From positions 13,516,001 to 13,580,000 of the forward strand of contig OU015567.1 of NCBI GenBank assembly GCA_907165135.1: a stretch of 64,000 bases of DNA, read 5' to 3'. The position numbers were made by a program, and so were the translations under genes. Origin of the DNA: Oikopleura dioica (Eukaryota > Animalia > Chordata). Each line of letters begins with the position of its first letter. Position 1 is the stretch's first letter. The notes beneath the pieces were generated by a model. That model did not search any database. It was given only the letters and a program-made list of their open reading frames with translations, and was not told the origin of the DNA. Positions 40,057 to 52,059 of the stretch are shown here, piece by piece.

Positions 40057-40413
40057 TGGAAAAGGATCCAGATTTTAAAAAACAGAAAATGAGACAGGGA
40101 CGTTTAACCCCAACCCCATGTAAGGCCTCAACGAGGGGGTTAGCTCCCCGGACCCCTCGTTAAGAGTTCCAAGTCACTAACCCTAACCCCAAATCCAAAT
40201 ATAAGATGGAAAAGAGTACAGATTTTTAAAAACAGAAAATGAGACAGGGATATTTCTGGTTGTAGGGGGCTTCCCCTAACCCAACGCTTATCAAGGGGGC
40301 TATGCCCCCCCCCACAGAAGTGCGAGCCCCATATAAGGCCTCAACGAGGGGGTTAGCTCCCCGGACCTCTCGTTAAGACTTCCCAGTCACTAACCCTAAC
40401 CCTAAACCCAAAT
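40057..40413. repeat. Two tandem copies of a ~150-200 bp repeat with GC hairpin-like and CTAACC motifs
   Basis: Both copies share CAGATTTT(T)AAAAACAGAAAATGAGACAGGGA, TAAGGCCTCAACGAGGGGGTTAGCTCCCCGGACC and CACTAACCCTAACCC; the second has a ~60-bp insert. Confidence 0.85.
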
Positions 40414-41066
40414 ATCTCATGGCTAGAATCTTAGGCTCGAAAAATAACTCCTTTCAACGATATTTATTGCCAGACCTACGTGTATTGAAAAAGCTAAAGG
40501 AAAGATCCCTTGAGCTCGTCATTCTTGGTCAGAGGCTAAATAAACCAAAACCGACAGTTTGTTTGCTTGCTTCAGGGTTAGGCGCGTATACAGTAACCTA
40601 TCCATCCCCGACAGAATTTTTGGACGAACAGGAGCGCGACAAATTTTTCAATCTGGACAGCGGGCTTATTCTTTGCTTGTTTGCGGGTCGCATAGCTGGA
40701 CTCCTTATACCGCGGCGCGTTTTGACTTCCATAATTACTCGGAAAACAAACGTGCTTTAGAAACTTCTAAAGTTTTACACGAAAAAAATGTATTCTAGCA
40801 CCATTATCATGGGTTGATCGAGCCGTTAACCCACCCAGGCAGCTCGTCACGTAATTACTGCCGCGCTAAAAGGCTTGAAAAAGTCAATTACGCGAGAGAT
40901 TATTGAAATAATGTTCAAAAATTTTCATTAACAATTCATCGACAAGTCACGCTCGCGGGCGACTAATTCAACTCCGATTATTTAAATGCGACGATTGCTT
41001 AACTCGATCGTAATCAGAAGAGTTTTTGAGTTGATCGAACAAAAAGAGAGAAAAATAAACGAAACG

Positions 41067-42197
41067 ATGAAAATGTTACTGTCAGTTTTGCTCGTCGCTT
41101 TTGCTTCAGGAAAAGTGTTCAAGATGAAAAACCATTTACAAAATTTTAAATTTCATTCTGATATCGATAAAATTCAATTTATAACACAAAAAAGCTAAGA
41201 AGCTTCCCGATTCAATGGAAGCCTCGATAACCGAGTGCCAAAGCTACATGGAACGAAATTTTGACTGTTTCCCTCCAAGTTCCAAAATCAAAAAGTACAC
41301 CTTCAGGATTCGAAAAGCTTTCCGTGGAATGATGGGCCAAGCGATAGAAGGCAAGTGCCCGACCCAGAAGAAAAATGGACGAAAGAGACGATCGGGACGG
41401 GGAGAAGAGCTGAGCCAGAACGAGGAGCGGATTTGTACTGTAACTCAACGATGCGGATCAGTTTGAGAGGCTGACGTAGCGCAGATTTGATAAGTTTGAG
41501 TTTTACTGTTTGTCTATGCAAAGTTGGCTACGAGGGGCTCAATTTATTCTTATCAATACGTAGCTGCCTTATCAGTTTGGCAAAGATAGGAGACCAACAA
41601 ACATAAATTGGTGTCACTGCTAAAACTTTCATAATCAATGCTCAAAACTAACTAACTTAGAAAGAGCATTTCTGTAACAAGAAGAAAGATCAATTTCTTC
41701 AAAAGTAACGAAAGCATGTTATTTATAGTGAATTTAAATCCGTGGCAGACTGAGACCTCTGGTCTCCTGGGTCGCCGAATGGAACCCATGTTCACATCTA
41801 ACGGCGAAATGCTCAATCCATTGATGAACAGAGTCCTTGGCGCTTTCGACTCTCTCGGATTTGATGATTTTCCAGAGGAACTTTCAACAGCTGAGCCAGA
41901 AATCGATGGACGGTAAGTTTTAAAATATCAGGGTCTTTTTAGAAAAAAAGGGCTTTTGGAATTTTTGTTCCACGCGGGTCGCGGCGCATTCGCTAAAAAA
42001 TCTTCAGTGGTTTGCTGGATAGCCGATGCCAGAAGAAGCTTCGCGCGCAGCTGACAATTTCGCCCTTCTCGGAATGCAAATCTCGCCGTCGCTGGTCAGG
42101 TAGAATAGAACACCTTATCACTAGTTTAGAACGAATGAAGACCGTCTGCGATACGAGAAAAGGGAAGAAGAATAAGAAACGCTTCAATCGACGATGA
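41067..42197 (+). CDS. Secreted prepro-protein of unknown family (signal peptide, Cys residues, RKRR site)
   Basis: Four exons with GT-AG introns in compatible phase: MKMLLSVLLVAFASGK|KLPDSMEASITECQ...GKCPTQKKNGRKRRSG...|...|...SRCQKKLRAQ...ECKSRRRWSGRIEHL...VCDTRK...*. Confidence 0.65.
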
Positions 42198-42356
42198 GAA
42201 GCTTCTGAAAATGAAAACCTCATTTATGTACATAAAATAAAAGCAATTGAAAACTAAAGAGCTGTTTTGGCGGTGTTAAGTCTATTTCAGATAATGAGAG
42301 TAAACTGAAAGTTTTAAAATGGTTTCTAAAGGGAGAATTCATTCAACATCTGATGA

Positions 42357-43090
42357 TTAAACAACGGGCTGAGTGACGATCGGAGCTCGTTTTCTCTTCT
42401 CGTAGTTGATATGGCGTTCGTTCTGGACCAGGACGCACACAGGGCACCACATGATGCAGCAGACGTCGCTAGGGGAGTTCTACTTGAGAAAAAACTAACA
42501 ATTCAATAAACTTACAAAAGAAATTCGCCATTCTCATGGATTCCGAATTTGTTTCGAATTTGTTGGCGTTGATGGTAGGCAATCGAGTACATCATCTTCA
42601 TACAAATTCATTAGCGATACTTCTTACTTTTTAAACTTACAAACCAGGACGTTAAAACCAGAAAAGAAAGCCAAGCATTGGCTCCCATGGAAGTAACAAG
42701 GCCGAGCTGACGGACACTCTGCACTACAGGGTCGACAAAAAGGGAGGAGCAGCAGAGGCTACAAAACAACGCAGCTGAAATTAACTTAATTAGAGATCGT
42801 ATAAGTTAGATAATTTACCTGAATCTTTATCCTTGAGTTTAACCTGAGTGTTGTACACTGAGAGGCAAGGACAGCAAAAAGCAGAAAGGCAGAGCCAATG
42901 GGGATCACAAAAACCGTGTTTGAACACAGGGGTTTCTTGGAAAGTTAAAGACAGATATTTTTTGATTATCTAAGAAAAATTGATGAGAATCGACATTGAT
43001 GCAAGCTCGATCTCTTTTAATGTTTTCAACCTCTTCCTGTGGAGAAGCAAGAGTCTTTGGCTCGCATGTCACCGGCGATTTCTCTGTCAT
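42357..43090 (-). CDS. PLAC8/cornifelin-family Cys-rich protein
   Basis: FKHGFCDPHWLCLSAFCCPCLSVYNT, ALFCSLCC, HQRQQIRNKFGI, LCVLVQNERH...VTQPVV*. The 5' exon and last-exon frame are uncertain. Confidence 0.7.
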
Positions 43091-43721
43091 GTCTTGCTTC
43101 GGCTGATTACCTTTCACCTCAAAAAAGATTCGATTGCAAATGACAGGCCAGCGAGAAAAGAGTCCCAGCGATAAAATCTAGAGAAAACTTTTCTCGAAAC
43201 TCGCTTCAAAAATTTGCTGCTTACGTGAGTTCAAAGTCTGATAGACTCACGTAAAAACAATCAACAAAAAACTATCTTGAGAATTTTGAGCCTTGATCTT
43301 GCAGCTTTAGAATTTCTCTTGCAATTTTTAAGAGAAAAAACCATGTAATTATAATGAATAGAAACTCTGAGAATAGAAGCGATCTATTTAGCAAGAACTG
43401 GATGATATTTGCGAGGAATATTCCACGTTCCATTCCGGAAGAGTTTCATGACCTGGGAACTGCTTTTTTTCATGTGACAAGAAGTATTCTAGAGCCGCAT
43501 TCCATCGCCCTAAGCTCGCTGGATTCACGATAACACAAACAGCACGTTAAGTTCCACTAAGGGTCATTATAAGTGACCCACTCTTTCGTAACCTTCCCCA
43601 AACCGGGCGCTTTGTTTGGAGTGAGAGGATATGCATCCATTCTCTGAATATTGGAGCACACAAATATGCAGATTTCGCGAGCAGCATAAGAACCCTTCCA
43701 GGATTTAAGACCTTATTTTAA

Positions 43722-44386
43722 GGGGGTGGTGGTCGAGAATCGGATTTCTTTCAACAAAATTAGCTCAAAATTTTTCAAAAAAAAATATTTTTTTTTCTCA
43801 ACAAAAATGGGTTAAAGAGGGTTCAAATTATGTGGGCGGCTTAGTATAAAAAAGATTTTTTTTTGGAAAAAGCTCGAAATATGCCCCTAAAATGGACCTA
43901 TCTTTTGACAAAATTGTGAAGAAACCCTTAAATATTTTTCGGAATTAAATTTATTGTGAAGAGAGTTCAGACCCTTAGGCGTGTGGGCGAAATAGTTTTA
44001 GAAAGGGTCTGCAACATTTTAAGGTCGTCGAAGCTTATTTAAAAAAATGTTGTTTTCTTGAAAATCGTCATTTTTCACCTATTTTACACTGAAATTTTCG
44101 AAAACATCAGAAAAATCGTAATTTTTTTAGAATTTTATAATTAAAATATGATCAATAAATATAACTCGCAAATAAAATCAATTCCGAGTTAGCCTTAGTG
44201 CAAAAAAACGCGTTTCAAAATACCAGAAAATGGTGATTTCTTAACATAAAATCGAAAATTCTCTTAACTAAAGTTGGTCCAATTAAAAAAAGCTAGCGAC
44301 CAAAAATGCTCCTTTTTTATCAAGGAATCTAAAAATATTATCAAAATTTTAAAAAGTCGAGAAAAATCTTCTCGACTACCACCCCC
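43722..44386. mobile_element. Second TTAA-flanked, GGG-terminated non-autonomous transposon (Kolobok-like)
   Basis: TTAA|GGGGGTGGTGGTCGAGAA ... TTCTCGACTACCACCCCC|TTAA; 665 bp. Confidence 0.82.
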
Positions 44387-44448
44387 TTAAATAAGGATGC
44401 GTCTTCAATGAAAACTCTTTACTTTCAAGAAAAAACAAAATACAATTT

Positions 44449-46273
44449 TCAAAAATTATTGAAACAGTATTTTTCACAAGACTCTTCACAGGTGTCTGGA
44501 AGAGATTCAAATACCAATGGGACTTCGAATGAATGTAAATGATTTGCAATAATTGTTGCTTCAGTGATCATCGTCCCATTCCATTCAAGACGCTCTACAT
44601 TATATGGGCTAAAGATTTTTTAGGATAATGAAAAAAATTGGCTACTAACGCGATAGCTCCGCTAAAATTCAGGATAAAGCCTCCAAAGAATAATGCTGAA
44701 GATAAAGTGGATGCCTTAAAGAACAGCATGATATTAATCATTTTTTTATTAACCTACATCTTTTAGCATACCAACATTCGTCCAGGATCCATCTCTAAGC
44801 ATAAATACGTTATTCAATGGAATATACGCCCCTTCGGAATTTCGAATTTGACCACCAATCGACAAAAGCCCATTTTCTATTGAGAGACAGCTCGGTTGAG
44901 TCAAAGCAAGCGGATGATCTGTAGTAAGACGCCAACCACTAAGACCAAAAATTTCAACTTTGCTCATCATATCATGTGAATTGTCGCCTCCGCCAACTGC
45001 AGTCGGAGTGTTATTATTTAGCGCTAAACATCCCGCTTTATGGTGATAGTTTGAGGAATACGGATTAAGCCGTGAAGAAACGCCGTCAAAATCTTCGCAT
45101 GAATTGTGAACGGAGTTTTGTTCCCAGTGCCCAAAACATAACATAATTTCCATCGGTGATGTAGGAACCGTAACTAGCGATCCACGAACACTGTCAAAGT
45201 CATGGAGAAGTTTTGAAGATAACGGAAGAATCCTGCAAAGATCAAGTATGCCTATCTTAAATGATTGTTTTTTAGAATATTTGATATTCTGTTTTGAATA
45301 AAACTTATTTACTTTTCGTTTGTCTGACTCGCCACCAAAGAAAAACATTTGTCCATTAAGTTGCGCTGCACCAGATCGATAAAGATATGGAGCGTTTCCG
45401 GGTGTACTTGGCACTTCAAAAAATCTGTCTTGCTACAAAGAAAAGTATTTATCAAGTCATGCTAATTTTCGCGGAATGTGCCTTCGAAATTAATTGTAAG
45501 ATTTATAACTTATAATTTATAAGAGATGTGTTGTTTCTTGAATAAGTGTTAAAGATTTTAAGGAATTTCTTGAGTTCTCAAAAAACTTCTAGAGATGAGA
45601 AAACCTCTGATAATTTTAATGTCTTTCAGTTTTCCTGGCATAAGGCTAAGCCGAGAAAGTTGTCAATAAACCATTCTTTACAATTACACAATACCTTGTA
45701 GTTTCCATCCGCGGATATAACATAATTAAGTGAGAATTCAAAGCTTTGACTCAAAACCATTATATGAGATTGACATTTGTATCCATTTTCACAGGGGCAA
45801 CCATCTGGGCACTCTTTCATGCATGGGCATAAATCGATCATATTCATAAAGGACTCATAGCATGAATCAAAACATTCTTTGGAAGGTCCACATAAAACGT
45901 TGCAATTTGTCTGGGCATGAGAAGCATCCTTTACGCACTGTTGGTAAATTGGATTTGATTTTTCGGGTTCTTATAAATGTTCAACATGCAAAGAATATAA
46001 TATTCGGAATATTAAGCAATAACGAAAACTGTTAATCATTTCTTTGCAATAGCATAAAGGATGTGGACAATTCACACAACCATCAACACAGTCCACAGAG
46101 CATGGGCATGAGTTTACACACCCTATATATTTTTATTTTCATTCTACCATTATTCATTACCAGTATATGAGTTCAAACATTGAGTTTCACATAAACTATC
46201 TATGCAACTATCGCGGCATGAGATAAAATCCAATCGACAATGAGCTTCACATTCGTCTCCCAATATTTGATCA
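44449..46273 (-). CDS. Cys-rich repeat + kelch/beta-propeller-like protein (5' end unresolved)
   Basis: CEAHCRLDFISCRDSC, CPCMKECPDGCPCENGYKC, propeller-like blades (GQMFFFGGESDKRK, PTAVGGGDN, LLSIGGQ) and a final exon ...PLVFESLPDTCEESCEKYCFNNF*. Confidence 0.7.
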
Positions 46274-46934
46274 CTTATTTTAATAATTATCAGATAATTT
46301 ACTTTTAACGCCGGAACGCATAATTTTTTTTTTCCCGGAACGCATTTTGACCGATTTTGTGAGTAATCAGTTTTTAGGCCATATGCAATTTGTAAAAACA
46401 CTAAATTTTACAGACTATAAACTACATCTGTTGTACAGTACAACTTGTACTTACGGACAATCGTCAGCTAGGATTGATTCCATTAGAGTTAAATAAAAAA
46501 TTACTGAATTAACTATCATCTGTTCTGCTACGAGCACTATCTTGTCTCATTGCCGCAGTTGCGGAATTTTTCAATAAGTATTATGTACAGAACACTTTAG
46601 TTTTATTCCTTTGATAGAATCAAAGCAGAAGAAAGCAAAGTTCGGGATCATAAATATTTTATTTCAAACGTGGATACTTTTTCTGAAACGTATACGCAAT
46701 CGTTCTAATTGCAATGTGTTTTTGCTTGAGTCAGGGATTTTCAAAGCGCTGTTGCTGAATTTTACACTCGTTGTGGTACTTTTTGAGAAATCGATTGACA
46801 ATTTCGTCAAAAGACACACTATCATCTACTCAGAAATTCAATCGTATGGAGCAAAATGCACTGTTTAGCTATTCTTACACTTTTTAAAAAGTATAAGAAC
46901 AAGGGTTTACGTGAGAAATTCGTACTAATAAGAG

Positions 46935-49900
46935 ATGGGGAAAAAGACCCTCTTTGAGCGATGCGGATTTCTCTACGGAGGAAAGAACTTCTTCTGGAAG
47001 GTCATTTACTCAGTTTTGTACATGGTCGGCATCTACTACACCGTTGAGAAAATTGGCCAGAACATCAGTCGATACCTCAAATATCCGTCGATTATTAGCC
47101 AGAGAGAAGACGTCCAGGTCTTTACTTTTCCTAAAATCACCCTCTGTCCGTACCAGTCCCACTCTTGGCGAAAAGTAAAGGCCCTCTATCCGATGGTAAA
47201 TCGAACGGTGTTGAAGGCGTTTTATGGTTACCACGAAAAATCGCAGGACAATTTTCAAAAACACAGATCGAAAGGAGCGCTCAATTTTGCCAAAGAAGCT
47301 TGGAAGGAATTCGAGTCTATTAATGTCAAGGTTTGAATACTCTTTTTCTGAATATTCGCGTTATTTTCAATTCTAGGATTTCTTCACTGACACGGCAACA
47401 ACGCTGAATATCCATCACTGCATGTTTGACATGTACGATTGTTCGTAAGGCTCTGAAACATCTAAATATTAGGACATTTGCGTCACTATGAGTACTTTAA
47501 GATTTTCGTGATAGAAAAAAAGAGTAGCATCGTTTCTGAGCCTTTTTGTTTAGTTTGGTTCATGAATAGTTGATTGTAAAACTCAGATCGCGTGAATTTT
47601 CTCGCTTTTTAGAACAACTGACACTTTTGTTTACAGTGGTGTTTCACTGTACCCAAATATCTGCGGCTTAAAATGATCAAAATTCGGGTTAAAAAATTCA
47701 GTTTTTTATACACTTAGACTTATCAATCGCCGACTCTGTAGTTCTGAAAAGCGGATTATTTTTCTTTGAACTCACTACAGTAAAAACGACTGGGAGCAGA
47801 TCCGCACGAAGCTCGGGGTTTGTCATCAATTTAATCTCCACGAAGGAAGGGATCAGCTTTCTTGAGCCAATATTTAGTCGCCTAGTCGGCCAGTTCCCCA
47901 AATCAGTGAAAAATGATAATTTGGTCGAAATAGACCTGGATATGCCCGAGCACAGTCTTGGATTAGTTATTAGCGTTGATAAGAATGACTACTCGTTTGG
48001 TTGGTACGGGAATATGCGAGGCATTCATATGTACTACGGTAAAGGGGTGAAAAAAAAAGGAAGCTTCTTTTTATTTTTTTCTTGGAACTCCTTGAAAAGA
48101 TATTATTCCGACGCAGTGCGGGTCGAATACAACTCGATCTCCATATCGCCGCTGGTAAAAAAATTTTTGTTGGTCTGGTTATCGTTCACTTTCGAATTCT
48201 AAGCTAACGCCGACGATAAGCTACAAGCTTCTCAAGACTTCTTATCTTGGTGGCAAATACTCCAATTGTACCAAAAGGAAAATGTGAAAAGACTTTCAGA
48301 CATAAAAATTACGCTGTTTTATTTACAGTTTTCACAACGGCCATTAAACATAGAGCCAACGACCTTGCCGTTTTTGTCAGTATAACAGTAAATCAACTCT
48401 TGGCACTGAAAACACACAGTGTTATTTTTGCAGAACGGGATCATTTCCAGCAGCCGAGTTCTTATATTCAGCGAGATTTTATTCTCAAGTTGAGCATTGC
48501 GGTCATGAATTCTAGTTGAATTTTGAAGTGAAACTTTGAATTCTTTTTCGAGCTGAGCTATTTTTGAATCGATGAATAGTCGCTCAGTCTTGAGACTTTT
48601 AATTTCTTCCTCAAGCTTTTCTCGCATTTTTATTTCATGGTCCTTTTCAGCGGCATTCTTAAAATTGTTAAAATGGCTCAAAAGATTTGAAATACTAGTT
48701 TTAGCTTTTCTCGGTGGCGATTTTTACAGTCAGTTGAAATCAAGTCGATCATTTTCGCCAAGGTCGCGTTGAGCTCTTCTTGCAAGGATTTATACAGTTC
48801 CTCGGAACTGTTGATTTCGGCGGCGCTCATTTTTCTAGTGACAAGTCTGACGGAGTTGGTTTATCCCCCCATTGATGCCATCAGGGCGAAGGCGTCAAAA
48901 TCAAATATTATTAACCTGGCTCTTTTCACAATTAAAAAAGCGACGTCCCCCACGATCCGAAAAACGACGTGGACCATCACACGCACCCTCCGTACAAGAA
49001 AGGGTTGACAGACAAAATTCTGGATTTGTTATGCTTTTCATTTATGACGTGTAGTCTGCTATTGACATCAAACAACTCGGAAAAAAGAAAAGCTTATGCG
49101 AGGAAAACAATTTGATGAAGTCGATTTACGAAAAGTGCCGCTGCTTTCCTTCTTATATGACGGACAATCATTACGTGTTAGTACAGTCTTTTTCATTGAA
49201 CCAAAAAGACATTTTCTTCAGCCTTGATGAAAAAACGAAGATCAACACGTCGACCGCTCGTGAATGTGATTTCCATGACAATGTCTTTTGCGTTTCAAAC
49301 GCTCTGGACGGAAAAGGCCCAACTGCGACGAAAGAATGTCTTCCAGGAAAGAACGAGAAAAATTTTGAAAGTTTACTGAGAAAAAGGATAATTTCTCACT
49401 CGGTTTTCTGCTTGCATCAGCTACGATTTCATCCAAGATAATATTCACTACCGGATTTCTCCAAGCACAAGTGGTAAGTGCCCGATGAGGGGCCTAGCCG
49501 CCCGTTCAACCATGTTCATTGAGTTGGTCGGGTTACGGAGGTGCTTCTTCTCTTTATAATCAAATGGGGTCCCCAAGTTAACGAGCGAAATCCTCGGAGC
49601 TCCCCTTTTAACGGATCTCGTAGGAATATTGAGTTGATTAAGATTTTGAAATTGTGATCCTAAATTCTATTATGAATAATTGAATTAAAAAAAATGCAGC
49701 TTAGATACTGTATTCCGATTTGAGTTCAGTACGCTTACTGAAGTTCTTCCCTCCTCTTTTCTCAAAACGAAAAAGTTTTGACCACGATGGGACTCGAACC
49801 CACAACTTCCTGATTCGAAGTCAGACGCCATATCCATTAGGCCACGCGGCCGGCCGAAGGAGGCTCAAGAACATGTATACTGATTGTATACTTTTCTTAG

Positions 49901-50456
49901 GGAAGAGGTTTTGGCGAAAATAGAGGAAATAATTGATCGGTTTCAGCTTCAAACATGAACCAGGAGTACATGACTGCAATCGTAAAAACGACGAAGCGGC
50001 GGGTGACTGTACTCGAAGAGAAACCGCGATACTCGTTCAACGAGCTAATGGCTGACGTCGGCGGTGCTTCGGGACTCATCCTCGGCCTCTCCGTTGTCAA
50101 AATTGTGGAAATCGTTTTCAAGCTTACTTCCAGGTAAAAATCCGATTAGGAATCATTCAATTTACTCTGTAGATGGAATTTCACAAAGACAGTAAAGCGA
50201 AAACTGGCAGTTATGCGCCACAAGAGGCAGAAAAGAAGCAGCAAAGACTTTTACATCCATAATGGAAGCGGTAAGGCCTTCTCTATCATAATTTTTGTTG
50301 AGTGAAATTAAGGGTCTCCCCATGCATCCGTTGGAACATCAACAGGAACTCGCTCTTTTGATATTTACTGTTAACTGAATTCACTGAATAAAAATTGCAG
50401 GAATTACCAAAGAACTGGCCCGATTCGGCTCAAAAATTGAACACGTGACAAAGTAG
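46935..50456 (+). CDS. DEG/ENaC-family ion channel subunit
   Basis: TM1 FWKVIYSVLYMVGIYYTVEKI, YLKYPS, FPKITLCP, Cys-rich knuckle/thumb segments (EKCRCFP, KECLP), TM2 LMADVGGASGLILGLSVVKIVE. The exon junctions at about 47450-47900 were not fully resolved. Confidence 0.85.
48319..48830 (-). CDS. Nested antisense gene: coiled-coil protein with C-terminal Cys cluster
   Basis: Two exons joined by a ~38-bp GT-AG intron: MSAAEINSSEELYKSLQEELN...KL|NAAEKDHEIKMREKLEEEIKSLK...FCKNNTVCFQCQELIYCY...GRCENCK*. Lies within a DEG/ENaC intron. Confidence 0.65.
49779..49851 (-). tRNA. trnR-TCG: tRNA-Arg (anticodon TCG)
   Basis: GGCCGCGTGGCCTAATGGATATGGCGTCTGACTTCGAATCAGGAAGTTGTGGGTTCGAGTCCCATCGTGGTC folds as a cloverleaf with A and B boxes, followed by a T5 terminator. 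Confidence 0.95.
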
Positions 50457-51497
50457 CTGTCAGGGTGGAAGTAGAACAAGGCGGAAGCGAATGTAACGAA
50501 TCGCGGGATCATTACAAGCGCATGCGAATTTTCAATTTGCAAAAGTCGATCACTGAACATCGATTATTATTTTCCAATTAGTCCAATTTCTTCGTTTTTT
50601 TTCACCACGTGGTAAAAGTTCAATTAGCCATTTTTTCATCATCATAATTGCTTAATTAGCTGAAAGTCAGGACTTTCATAATTCTTCAAAAAGTTCAGTT
50701 GTTCAAGTCACATGGAAAACGGAAAAAACATGCCAAGGATTAACCTCTTCCGGTTTTGCTTACTGTCGGATTTTGAATCAAACTGAAGCTTGCGTCTTCC
50801 CCTCCAACGTGGACCAAAGCTTTCAATGAACTAGGGATCATTTAGTGGACTCATCATAATTTTCGCAAACGAAATCCTTTAGAAGGAATTATACTTCGCG
50901 TAGCGAACTTGGGAAAATCCGGCTCCGATTGAATGATTCGATTTCGAATCTTCGAAGCTTTCCTGTTTGAAAAATTTCGACTGCGTTGCTACTAGTTCTG
51001 GAGTTTTTAGGGATGTTCTTGCATATTTTTGAATGAGAAATGATTGATGTAGCCATGTGCGTCTAAAAGTGAAAGGAATCTGGACTTGGTTTTCTAAAAA
51101 ATGCCGATTGCGTCGTAAGTATCTCTTTACGCATAAAATTAAAACAAGCAGGGTTTCCTCAGAATTCCGGAGGCGCACTAAAATATTTTGGCGGTTTTAA
51201 AAACTTTTGACTTGAACAAAAATAGTTACAGTCTTCATTATGATTTTGCCTCGGCTCGGCAATCTGTATGATTATAAAAAAGAATTTTGAATAAAAGATC
51301 AAAAAAGTGCCGCTCCAATTTTACGCTAACACGCAATTCATGCTCTAGAATCACGGCGAGCACCTGCTAATGTAATTAACTCCTTAGCGCTATTGTCACC
51401 TATAAATTGCAATTTCTCAGAGGTCGAAACAAAAGGTACAAAAGAAGAAAACTTATATTAAGGTTCTGAGAGAATAATAATTCAAGAGACTTCTGTC

Positions 51498-51833
51498 ATG
51501 CTTATTCTGATATCCGCCATAAGCGGCCGATCGCTGTTCGAAATGGTGCATCCCCTGGAAAAAGAGCATGCCAAACGAATTGGAGTAACGAAAGACTCCA
51601 CGATCGCATTGACTTGGGGTCCTGAGGAAACTGCTTATGTTTTCGATGTTACTGATCGAGAAAAGCCAAAGATCCTCACTTGGTTGACAAAAGAGAGCAA
51701 AAAGGCTCTTGCGGATAAATATCTCGAGAAGCCTGAGCCCGAGAAGAGACGAAGAAAACGGCATGAGAGTGATCCTGAATGGCTCCCGCCGAGAAAGAAG
51801 ACCAACAAGGAAAAAACTTCCAGAACCAACTAA
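51498..51833 (+). CDS. Intronless hypothetical ORF with basic NLS-like C-terminus
   Basis: 111-codon ORF (may start at the second Met, 51543) ending KRRRKRHESDPEWLPPRKK; no recognised domain. Confidence 0.4.
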   Translation: MLILISAISGRSLFEMVHPLEKEHAKRIGVTKDSTIALTWGPEETAYVFDVTDREKPKILTWLTKESKKALADKYLEKPEPEKRRRKRHESDPEWLPPRKKTNKEKTSRTN

Positions 51834-52059
51834 CCTTCTGTGCTTTACTCTCTTTAACACTATGTCACTGTGACATACAGACTGTATACCGCATACAGTA
51901 TGCGTTTGTTGTCTCGTTTTATTGTGTTTTTCATATTACCGCTAAAATTTTGCCTCAATAAAGCTCGAATTAATAAATTTTCAATCTCTTATAGATCTCT
52001 TTTCTGCAGCGCTAGAATTGAAATCGAAAATCAGCTTTTTACACAGGGGTTGTTTTTTA

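Noticed and set aside
40419-40760. 113-aa ORF after the tandem repeat
   Set aside because: No domain, splice or codon evidence.
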